Below are positions 1 to 9,970 of a DNA stretch of 64,000 bases, piece by piece. Position 1 is the first letter of the stretch. Each line of letters starts with the position of its first letter. The position numbers and the translations under genes were made by a program. The DNA is taken from assembly GCF_009834535.1 (NCBI RefSeq), contig NC_045697.1:86926001-86990000 (forward strand). The letters are read 5' to 3'. The stretch is from Camelus ferus. Lineage: Eukaryota. The notes under the pieces were generated by a model that worked only from the letters and a program-made list of their open reading frames with translations, was not told the origin of the DNA and did no database searches.

Positions 1-490
1 TACCTGGTTTTAAAGCTCCAAAGAATAGCTTCGTACACCTATTTAACATCCTAGGAATACATCCAGAGTTAAACCCATCTTGGAGACAAATGCACTCATG
101 GATAATTTTTCGAAACCAAATGTTCTTAAATAGAGGAAATTCTGTATTCTCACCTCTTCCTAGAAGCTTTCCCAAAGCCCTGCCTACCCTCCAGCTGAAT
201 TACTTCTTGTCTGAAATTTCACCACACTTGATTTTACTCTTCTATGGCCTTAACACTTTCTACTGGTATTTGTGTTGCCCATGGCCCCTGTGTATCACTC
301 TCACTGTGCCAGAAGATCCCGCTGATTGGGCATCTCCCACTGCACTTACTGAAATGCTTTGCACATAGTGGGCGTTCAGTATACAAAGTTTTATAGACAG
401 ATATTTTGCTAATCTGTAGCACCTGCTTAAATTCTACTGAAAACTAGCAAAGTGCAATTAACTTCAATTTTGTAGTTGGGGATTTTCAGG

Positions 491-528
491 AAAAAACAAA
501 ACAAAACAAAACAAACAAACAAAAAAAC
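491..528 (+). repeat. (AAAAC)n / A-rich simple repeat
   Basis: Directly visible. Confidence 0.85.
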
Positions 529-927
529 TACCCTCCCTCCAAGAAATGCCTGTTTAGTTAGGATGAGACATTAACATGCTTCTGTTAGGATAAGGATTTG
601 AGATCCATCTTCATCTTTACACGTTGCCTAATTCCAGTTAGGTTAGTAGAAGAAAAATCTTTTCCTTAGAGCAACCCAATCCACTCCCCTCCTCTGGCCT
701 TTTTCTTTATGTTGGTAAACTACTTCAGCCTCTGCCGTCAATTTTAACAGTTTGTGCCTGCGTACCCTTCGTATTTTGTTGATTAGAGATGTTCAAAACC
801 TGTTCTGACACACAGTCCTTCCTCGGTTCCGATTTCTCTACTTCTTGGGGGTGGAAGTAGTTTCTCTGAGTAGAGACGCTGGCAGGGAAAAAGAATGGGG
901 GAAAATTGCATTTAAACTTTTAAAAGT

Positions 928-934
928 TGAGTCA
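928..934 (+). promoter_or_regulatory. AP-1 site (TGAGTCA) in FGF2 proximal promoter
   Basis: Perfect TGAGTCA about 250 bp upstream of the inferred transcription start; an AP-1 site at a similar position is described for human FGF2. Confidence 0.6.
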
Positions 935-1182
935 CGGCTGGTTGCACAGCAGAGGCTCCGCAATGTGGAGTAAATACTAAATGTAGTTTGCGTGCCGCGG
1001 GGTTGGACTGGGGCGACTTCTGGGGAATCGGCGGGGTCGATCCCCTACAGCTGCGGAGGCCTTGGCCGTGGCCTCCCGCCGCGGCCCCGCACCTCCTTCG
1101 CCCCCGGCGGTGTTCGGGCTCCCCACCCCGGCACTGATGTCGCGCGCTTGCGTGCTGCGGCCAAAGCTCCCGACCCAGAGGC

Positions 1183-1644
1183 CGGCCCCAGAATACCCAG
1201 GGCGAGTAGGGGGCGGCGCGCTGGGAGGGAGGAGGGCCGGGGGCGTGGGAGGGCTGGTGGGCGTTGGGGGTGGAGATGTAGATGTGACGCCGCGGCCCGG
1301 CGGGTGCCAGACCAGCGGACGCGGTACCCGCAGTTGCAACCACATCCTGGGCTCTGCAGCTTGGGTAGGCGGCCCTTCCGAGAGCAGCGGCCGCGGAGAC
1401 ACCCAGCCCTAACCCCCAGCTCCCAGGCGCTGGGCTCACCGAGCTCTAGGGCCGGCGGAGAGGGAAGCAGCGGAACAGCGCGAGGCTGGGGGCCCGCGGG
1501 CGCGGCCGCGTGCCGCGGGGTGGGAGGCTGGGGGGCCGGGGCCGGGGCCGCGCCTCGGAGCGCGTTGGAGGCCGGGGCCGGGGGGCGGCGGCTCCCCGCT
1601 CAGCTCCAGGGGCTCGGGAATCCCGGCAGGGCCCTGGTGGGGCC
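1183..1644 (+). other. FGF2: FGF2 5' leader (GC-rich, IRES/alternative CUG initiation region); 5' end approximate
   Basis: CGGCCCCAGAATACCCAGGGCGAGTAGGGGGCGGCGCG resembles the start of human FGF2 mRNA as I recall it; G-run rich; contains CUGs at 1254, 1486 and 1528. Confidence 0.65.
1486..1644 (+). CDS. FGF2: CUG-initiated N-terminal extension of high-molecular-weight FGF2 isoforms (53 aa from CTG 1486; 39 aa from CTG 1528)
   Basis: Open and in frame with ATG 1645; translates LGARGRGRVPRGGRLGGRGRGRASERVGGRGRGAAAPRSAPGARESRQGPGGA with the GR repeats typical of the nuclear isoforms; both CTGs in AGG-CTG-G context; bounded upstream by in-frame TAG 1447-1449. Confidence 0.8.
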
Positions 1645-1822
1645 ATGGCAGCCGGGAGCATCACCACGCTGCCCGCCCTGCCAGAGGACGGCGGCAGCGG
1701 CGCCTTCCCGCCCGGCCACTTCAAGGACCCCAAGCGGTTGTACTGCAAAAACGGGGGCTTCTTCCTGCGCATCCACCCCGACGGCCGAGTGGACGGGGTC
1801 CGGGAGAAGAGCGACCCTCACA
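1645..1822 (+). CDS. FGF2: FGF2 coding exon 1 (18-kDa isoform ATG)
   Basis: GCCATGG Kozak; MAAGSITTLPALPEDGGSGAFPPGHFKDPKRLYCKNGGFFLRIHPDGRVDGVREKSDPH; donor A|GTGAGT at 1823; 178 nt, phase 1. Confidence 0.99.
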
Positions 1823-2526
1823 GTGAGTGCTAGCCTGCTCTTCCTCCCCTGTGCCGTTTTAAATTCCTGCGGTTCTCTCCCCTGCCTCTGCCTTCCAGCC
1901 TCCGCGCTCCTTCCTTCTTTTCACTCTGACCCCAGTGGGACTTGTGGTTTCTCTCCGCGCGGCCCTCGGCGGTTTCAGGTTCACCACTCGCACCGGCCTC
2001 CCCCGAGCTGCGGTGGCGGGTAGACGCTCCCCCAGGCTTTGGAGTGTGCCAGTTTCCCCTGGTAAACCAGCCCCCTGGGTCTGGAGCCGCAGAGCGCCTG
2101 GGCCTTGCCGGCCGGCTCCCTGCGCGCAACCTGTCGTGTCGGGGATGCCCGGCCTCGGAGCAGAGGTGAGCTGCTCGCCCAGGTGCCGCCCGCGCCCCCA
2201 GCCCGAAGTTGAGACCCTTCGTCTGTGGGATGCGCGCAGTCCCGCCGACAAAGCCAGGAGGGACCGAAGCCTAATTAAACTTTCCTTATTGGAAAAAATA
2301 CCTTTCCAGAGTCTTGCCCTTAAATTCTAATTCTGTAGGCTCCGAGGCAGCAGGCACACTGTCCTCCCCCACCCATTTCTATTTTTCCCCTGAATTTCCG
2401 AAAGCAGAAAGTGCAAAAAATATGGACCTTATTAATAAGGTGCTATAGACCTTTGTTTCAATAGTGAGAACTGCAAAACCTTTAATCTTTCACGTGCAGA
2501 GTTATTAGCTATGGGACCTTGAGTGA

Positions 2527-2765
2527 CACTTAACCCTTTGAGCCCATTTCGTTATCACGAAAGTGGGGATAATGTCTACCTTGCATCAGGTTTGAGGATC
2601 AAGTGAGAACTTATATAAGAAGTGAGCAAAGGGCTCAATTTACTAGTCTACACTTTTGTTTTCTTTAAAAATAATCTGTGGTTATAGAATTAACACTGGC
2701 CTAAGTCATTAGTTCTCAAACTTAAGGGGTGCATTAGAATCACCTGGAAGGTTTGTTACAACACA
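2527..2765 (+). repeat. Left arm of ~240 bp inverted duplication
   Basis: Reverse complement of 3374-3611; hand alignment gives about 19 mismatches and 3 single-base gaps. Confidence 0.95.
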
Positions 2766-2884
2766 CTGCTGAGTCATCTCCCAGAGTTTCTGATTCCTGA
2801 GATCTGGAGTGGGGCCTGATAAATTTGCATTTCTAACAAGTTGCCAGGTGATGCTCATCGTGGACCACACTTTGAGACCCACTG
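2707..2884 (+). mobile_element. MER5A-like hAT-Charlie MITE
   Basis: GTTCTCAAACTT...GCATTAGAATCACCTGGA...TTTGCATTTCTAACAAG...GGACCACACTTTGAGA-CCACTG matches recalled MER5A consensus. Confidence 0.85.
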
Positions 2885-3373
2885 GTCTAGAAAAAAGAGG
2901 AAGAAAAAGGTATAAAATGGGCTGATTAAAAACACTGATGATTTTGAAGTGAGAGAAAGAGATCTGATATATTTTAACTGTCATCCTGTAAGTGTAGGTA
3001 AAACATGTTTTAAAAGCTGTTTGTTTTGCGAGTCCTTCCTTTATGGGTTTCAGGTGGCAAACCTGATCCTAACCTGATCCTTTGCCCAAGAAAAGACCCA
3101 CAGGAGTTGATCTTTAACCTAATGATGCTAATGGTGTGTCCTTCACGCTGGGGTGAGGGGGTAGGAAGAGGAGGAAGCTCTGCAGTCAAACCTGAATTGA
3201 CAAAATTCAGGAATGGGAAATGTGCTTTTATAAGAATTGAGTTTTTATTGATTCCAAAATAGCAGCAAGCAAAAGATGCAGGTCTGTCATTTTTTTTCGG
3301 GCCTGCCATAATTAAAAAAACTTATCAACCCCTTACATTATTCAGTAAAACTGGAAAGACGCTTATGGCCCAA

Positions 3374-3611
3374 TGTGTTATAACAAACCTTCCAGGTGAC
3401 TCTAATGCACCCCTAAAGTTTGAGAACTAATGACTTAGGCCAGTGTTAATCCTATAACCAAAGATTATTTTTTCAAGAAAACAAAGGTGTAGACTAGTAA
3501 ATTGAGTCTTCTGCTCACTTTTTATATAAATTCTCATTTGATCCTCAAACCTGATGCAAGGTAAATATTATCCACACTTTCATGATGAGGAAATGGGCTC
3601 AAGGGTTAGTG
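3374..3611 (-). repeat. Right arm of ~240 bp inverted duplication
   Basis: e.g. GTTTGAGAACTAATGACTTAGGCCAGTGTTAAT is the exact reverse complement of ATTAACACTGGCCTAAGTCATTAGTTCTCAAAC. Confidence 0.95.
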
Positions 3612-4022
3612 CTCTTTCTCTATTTTGGTAACTTAAATAGGTTTCTTGAAATTGCTTTTGTGTTTGGAGTTTGTTCTGCAGTTGTCTGCCAGGCTGGCCC
3701 GGCTGATCAGGGCAAGGTGCATATATGTCCCAATTTGTTTTGCTCTTTTCTAGTAGCACAAAAAGGAGCATGTTGTATGACTAGAAGACAGAAGAACTAT
3801 CCTCCAGATTAGGTTCCTATTGCAGCTTCCCATAGTACTCATTTTTTTTTTCCAAGCATTTTATTGGTTGCAATTTTTTTCTTTAGAGCAAAACTGTGTA
3901 GGGGCTAGCAAGTGAGGGTAATTCTGAAGTGCTTACCACACTACCATGCTTGTAAATACGACTGTTAACTTTTTATTCCCAATTCTGGGTTGTGCTGTTA
4001 TTTTTGCAATCTTATTTTAACT

Positions 4023-4242
4023 CAGTGGTACTCAAATAGGGTTGATATTGCTCCTACCCCGGGAACATCTGGCAATGCCTGGAGACATTTTTGGTTGTCC
4101 TATATCTGGAAGGCTGCCACTGGCATTTAGTAAGTAGAGGCTAGGGATGCTGTTAAATATCCTGTAGTGCACACCTCCCTAGCCCCTTAGCAAAAAATGT
4201 TCTGACCCTAAATCTTAATAGTACCAAGGTTCAAAAACCCTG
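4023..4242 (+). mobile_element. MER20-like hAT-Charlie MITE
   Basis: GGCAATGCCTGGAGACATTTTTGGTTGTC...ACTGGCATTTAGT..GTAGAGGCTAGGGATGCTGTTAAA; termini CAGTGG / CCCTG. Confidence 0.85.
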
Positions 4243-4786
4243 CCAACTTGATAGCTAGCTAATGACAAGGTGTTAAAAGTGCAGAGTAGAATGCTCATCC
4301 AGATTTGTGGAGAGCACTGATTTTTTTTCAAATCACCTTTACCAGGCAATAGACAGACAAGAATATTAATCTAAAACTGATAAATTTAGACCATTTTTGT
4401 GTAGCCCAACCTGAACATAAGTTTAAGTACAGGGTTTTTTTTTTTCTGGCATTTCTAAGGTATATTGCTAGTTGACCAAACCAGGGGGAGACTAATGGGA
4501 AATACGTAAGAAAAAAATGAGTATGGACATAACAATACCCTCTCAACCACATCCCCTCCAGCCCTCAAAACAAAACTGATAAGCAAACATGGAGAAATAA
4601 AAGTAGAGTTAATGTTTGCTACCATGTCTTATTGAATTAAGGCTCATATATCTAAACCTGTTTGAATCTTTGAAAAACCCAAGACCCCATTCCTCAAACT
4701 GTTTTTCCCAAATGACCTGCAAATCCATCATTGGAGATCTGTTCCTTTGGCATTAACACTTTCCGGATGTTTCTAAAATGCAGATA

Positions 4787-4939
4787 CAGTCTGTCTTCGG
4801 TATCCACGGGTTCCCCATCTGCGGATACGAGGGGCAGACTGGGCTACGCCATTTTCCATGAGGAGCTTGAGCCTCTGCGGATGCTGATATCTGCTGGGGA
4901 TGCTGGAATCAATCCCCTCTGCATACCCAGGGAGGAGTG
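4787..4939. mobile_element. Short MER2/Tigger-like MITE
   Basis: TA-flanked, degenerate TIRs CAGTCTGTCTTCGGTATCC / GCATACCCAGGGAGGAGTG; internal CTACGCCATTTT..CTTGAGC..TGGAATCAATCCCC. Confidence 0.65.
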
Positions 4940-7900
4940 TACCTCTGAAAGGAAGTGTGAATTAAATTGTGAGTGCAGTTGCTTCCCCAAAAGCTGAGCA
5001 GAGGGACTGGAGTTGAGGGGGGGAAGCTTTGAAAACTGGCGTAAATGTGGGGTGAAGGTGAGATGCCGGGATCTGACTCAGGTTCTGAAGAGGACACAGG
5101 GCAGGGCGGTGTGGGGCAGAGAGGACAGTGGCAGAAATGAGAGGGGTAAGGTGACTGAACACCAGCGTTTTCAGCTTCTCAGTGTTTTGCTGTGCTGTTT
5201 ACTTGTGTTCTGTCTTGAGTTGTTTTCACCTGAAAAGGCCCGTTTTCCTGCACTTTTCTCATAATCCTGGAATAGCCTTCATTTGAAATGAGAGTCTTGA
5301 TAAGAAAGCAAGATAAAAACAGAATCTCTGCTTCTCCAGCGTGTGTGCTGCACACCCACCTACTCTTTGGCATCCTGCATATTTTGACAAGAAGGGTCCC
5401 AAGGTCCATGGAATGTGTAACGTTAAGTGTATACTGTGAAGTAGTGAACCATGTAAAAACATACAGAAGAGAGAGCATTTTATCCCAAGTAGCATGCACA
5501 ACATGTGGTGGCAGATGGTAAGGGAAAAGTATGTGCTCGTGTACATTTTAGCATTAAATTTATTCCAGATGCTCTTATTTTGGAAAAAGTGAAGGTAGTT
5601 AGAAGTGCTGGATCTACCCTTGGGCTTCTCCCAGGAGGTGACTGCCTGCTTGCCACACTCTCTGCGTCCAGGCTTCGGAGGACACTGAGCCTTGAAGAGA
5701 CCCAGGGACCTGCCCACTCCCACGTGGGACAGAGATGGGATCCCGGGCTGTCTGACGCCGTGCCCTGTGCCACGGCACATATTCCCTGCAGCCCCCGTGA
5801 ACTTGTGAAGCTCAAACGGAGGCTTCAGACCCTTTAGTTCACCAGTCTCATTTTGTAGAAGAGGACATTGTGGTTCAGAAAAGTAACTGATTGCCTGAGT
5901 GCATCTGCGGGTTCTTGCCACCTGACTCCGTGCCGTCTATCCCTGCCCTCCCGCAGCCTCCTGGCTCTCTTCCTTTCAGCCGGAGAATGCGTTCTGGGGT
6001 CCCCTTTTAGGCTACCTCCGTTTCAGAGTATTGACATAGCCAGCTTCTCTGAGGATTTCTTACGAGTTCCCAGGTTGCCTCCGGTTGTACTCCGGGGTAT
6101 TGGAGCAAACCACCATTCCTTCTCTTTTATGTAAACAGAACTATTGATTAAATGATACCAGATTCTCTTCTCCCACATTTTTTTGGGTAATACCTGGCAA
6201 GTGGATCCCCCCAGTTTGCCTTAATAAGCATGCTATTTACTGTAGTGCTATTTGTGTGCAGTAAACAAATGAAGTAAGAATCTAATAACTCATTTAATTG
6301 TGGAAATCATGTAATTGGTACAGCAATGAAAGAACAGTTCATGACTCATAGATATTACCACACCTTAGGAGCCTTTAAAGATGAGTTTGATGCCAAGTGA
6401 CTTCAGCCTGGAAAAGGCAATAGCCTCTTGTGACATGGCCTGAAGGCTTTCGTTGTGTTTATAAAATGGCCATCGTGTAATTAGACTTTGACAATGGTGT
6501 AACCAGCAGGTTCTAAGTATTCTCATTCTGACTTATACTATTTTAAGTGCATGGCCATGAGTTTTAAGTTTAATTTGAAAATAAATTGTTATAGATGTCA
6601 TAAAACAAGAACCATCCTTTGTATATTATAAATATAAAATTGACTTTGTTCATCTACATGTTGATTCTCAGAAATCACTGTCAGCAATATGGAAGAGGGT
6701 GATTTAAGGTCTCATGTTATTAAAATCGTTATTTTCAAACCACAAGATGCCTGCACAACAGGATAGTAACTAGACATGTGCCATAGCCTTTGCTTGTTTT
6801 TCCAATTCCAGTTCGATTTTCGAAACACCCTGCTTGGGCCCCTCTGTCCTGTAACACATCTGTAAGAAGGCTGCCTGGGGCATGAGTCTATGACTGGGAA
6901 TCAGAGCAAGGCAAATCGGCATGTCGGGACACAAACCTTAACCTCATTATCATGTTCTAGCTGAACAAGAGTACTTTGTTTTTGAACTTGTCATTTTCTG
7001 CACTCTGAAATCAGGGATCTGGTTTTATACTTGTGTGTTGTCAGTGCTAAATAAATATTTAATGCTTGGTTGTTTGCAAAATAATTCAGAATAACGATTA
7101 TCAATGTAGAATTTTGGTTGGATCCCTGGGAACTGCAGTTGTGGCACCAGGATTTTCAGTGTTTCCTTGTTGTCTCTGTGGTTGGGGGTTAGCTGTTGCA
7201 TCCTCTGTCTCAGTCAGGTTGTTTATAGCCGTAGAAATTCAGGAGAAGACTAAAGAGAAGTGCTGACTGCCGGAGAACCTCACCCATGGAGCCGTAGACT
7301 GTAGTTCTTAGAAGCCAGACTAGTCCCATTCTAAATTCCTTTGGAATATTCTTATTTTGAAGAGATTTGGAGGGCCTGGAGGCAGCAGATAGCCGATACT
7401 CAGTGTTTAATTCATTTCTTGTCTCAGCTGTCCTCTGTCACTACCTGCATAGGGCGATTTATGAGTTGACTAGTGTATCTTTAATGCTTACTTATTCATT
7501 TACAAATATCAGTAGTGTATATGTTTGCATTTGTTTTGTCAAAGGGCTGTTTATCTCCTCATATTAACTTACCCTCTAAATTGAATGATCCTGTGGAATT
7601 CTGAAGTGTAAGGTACACAGATTTGCAAGATATTCTGGGGGAAAATTTTTTTTCAAATTTATTTTATTCTTTTTAGGGAAATTTGTATAAGAATGATATT
7701 GCTAGATTCTGTGAGTTGCTTATTCTCTGTTCATGATTTAGGCACTTCGAAAAGATACACCTTAAAGTAGAAACTATGACTTCTCCATATACATAAACAT
7801 TATGAAAGGCTTGTAGGTTTCACTCAAGGAATTTTCACTAAATATCAGCTGATGGTGAAAACATTCTATATGGACCTTCCCATGGGACAGCTCCTCCTCA

Positions 7901-7981
7901 TGGGCCACACGCTGTATAAAGCCTGGTTGAGGTTTATAGTTCTCTTGGTGCAGTAACATACATTTAGACACTTGGTCAGAC

Positions 7982-8572
7982 TTTTTTTTTTCCATTGAAG
8001 CATAGTCAGTTTACAATGTTTTGCTGATTTCTGATGTACAGCATAGTGATTCAGTTATCTATATATATATATTCCTTTTCATATTCTTTTTCATTATAGG
8101 CTATTGCAAGATAGTGAATATAGTTCCCTGTACTGTATAGTAGGACCTTGTTGTTTATCTGTTTTATATATAGCAGTTAGTATCTGCTAATCCCAAACTC
8201 TCAATTTTATCCTTCCTTCCCCCCCCCCCCCACCCCGGTAACCATAAGCTTGTTTTCTATGTCTGTGAGTCTGTTTCTGTTTTGTAAATAAGTTCAATTG
8301 TCTTTTTTTTTTTTTTTTTAGATTCCACATATAAGTGATATCCTATAGTATTTTTTTTCTCTTTCTGGCTTCACTTAGAATGACGATCTCCAGGTCCATC
8401 CATGTTGCTGCAGATGGCATTATTTTATTCCTTTTTATGGCTGAATAGTATTCTATTGTATAAATATACCATAACTTCATCCAGTCATCTGTTGATGGAC
8501 ATTTAGGTTGCTTCCATGTCTTGGCTATTGTAAATAGTGCTGCTATGAATATTGGGGTGCAGGTGTCTTTTT
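7982..8572 (-). mobile_element. 5'-truncated LINE-1 3' end
   Basis: Poly(T), ATTGAAGCATAGT..TTTACAATGT, TTCCCTGT, GATGGACATTTAGGTTGCTTCCATGTCTTGGCTATTGTAAATAGTGCTGC. Confidence 0.9.
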
Positions 8573-8859
8573 GGTCTTACCAGTTTTATGAGATCTTATC
8601 AGCCTTTTAATGAAGATGATTATATGTAACAAAATTGTATTTGGAAAATATTTTGGAATCTTAGAAGTTAGCTATTAGCATTTTTTAGGGTAATCTATAG
8701 AAAGGTGAATCATTTCATAGGATAATTAGTTTAAAACTCTCACTACAAATTCTATTTTGTTTTAAAAGCACCTATGATTTTTATCATGTAGTGTGTGATA
8801 TAAAATTCCTCAGGTTTGCTGTGCATTAGTTGTTCATTCTTTTGGGCCAAGAGCATAGC

Positions 8860-9970
8860 ATCCTGTACTCTCCTCTTCTACTTCATCCCCTTTTCTCTTT
8901 TTAACTCTGGATTTTGCTCCCAGTATTCTACTTGAATCATTCTGGGCCTCAGCATTCTTCCAGTTCCATCACGTGGACTTACCCAATTTGTCATCTTGCT
9001 TCTGACATTTGATACCACTGTCTGCCTCTGTCTTCCTGAGAATTCCTTGGCTTCTGTGACACCATATCAACCTTGTTTCCTTTCATCTCACCCAATTGTC
9101 TTTTCCTCTGGGTTCTCCTTCTTTTGAACTTTTGCTTTCGTATTCCCTAAGGCTCTGTTTTTGGCCCTTTCCCCTTCTAGCTGTGTACTCCTGTTCCTTC
9201 AGCAGATCGTGTATTGTCTCCATCTCTGATTTCCCATCTGTGTGTTAGTTCCGTGTTTCCTGCTGCTGGAAGGACAGATACACCGCCACAGCCACAACTC
9301 AGCCTGTGTGAAACGGAGCATCATTTCCCCAAACTAGCATTCTTCCTACAAATTTGTTTGTAGTGAAATTATTCTTTAGTCTCCAAAGCTAGGCACCTTG
9401 GTGCCTTCCCTGCCTCAGTGACTTTTCTTTGCCCTCCCTCTAGATTTCCCCTGTCCTTTACTTATCTATGATCAGACTGTCTCTGACTTTCCCTCTTAAA
9501 TGTGAGCTACCTCAATCTTCTCGCTCTTTACCATCCACGCTCCCCTGATGCTGCCAGAGTTCTGTGCTTTGGTTACAGTCTCTAATCCGACAGAACCATC
9601 ACTATTACAACGATTGGCCTTTCCTCATGTGATCCTTGTTTTTGGAAAATCCTTCTTTTTCTTATTAATTCCTCTCTCACACCCTCTTCCCACTCCCATC
9701 TTTATCTGGAAAAATATTTTAAGAGCAGGCTCAACAGTCTTCCCCTTTGCAAAACTTTCTTCTACCTTACCCAGGGAGAATTTAGTCTTTCTACCTCTGT
9801 TTTCCCCATAGTACTTGCTACATATTCTTCTGCAGAACTTAATGATTTTTGTTGTAATTAATTTTGTACATATTTGTCTCCTGTGCTGGGACTGTGAGCT
9901 CCTTATAGGCAAGGACTGGGTCAGATGTTCTGTCCTCCCACAGTGTCCATTCAAAGAATGTGTGTTAAGT
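8860..9970. mobile_element. Degenerate LINE-2 fragments
   Basis: Pyrimidine-rich; CTTGGCTTCTGTGACACC, GACTGTGAGCTCCTT..GGCAAGGACTG motifs typical of L2. Confidence 0.55.

Larger units (their letters stand above)
990..2270. promoter_or_regulatory. FGF2: CpG island / TATA-less promoter and exon 1 of FGF2
   Basis: Very high GC and CpG density against AT-rich flanks; GC boxes (GGGCGG near 1211), Egr-like GCGTGGGAG at 1243; no TATA box. Confidence 0.92.

Noticed and set aside
912..2330. Multiple long overlapping ORFs (343, 175, 141, 131 aa etc.) on both strands
   Set aside because: Stop-poor GC-rich CpG island; low-complexity Pro/Arg/Gly/Ala translations with no recognisable domain. Only the FGF2 frame is supported.
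2707..3433. Composite hAT transposon bounded by two inverted MER5A 5' ends
   Set aside because: Inverted homology extends about 180 bp outside the TIRs, so it is a duplication and not a transposed unit.
5259..5921. 220-aa minus-strand ORF and overlapping ORFs
   Set aside because: No recognisable homology, domain or splice context; consistent with chance in a locally GC-richer intron.
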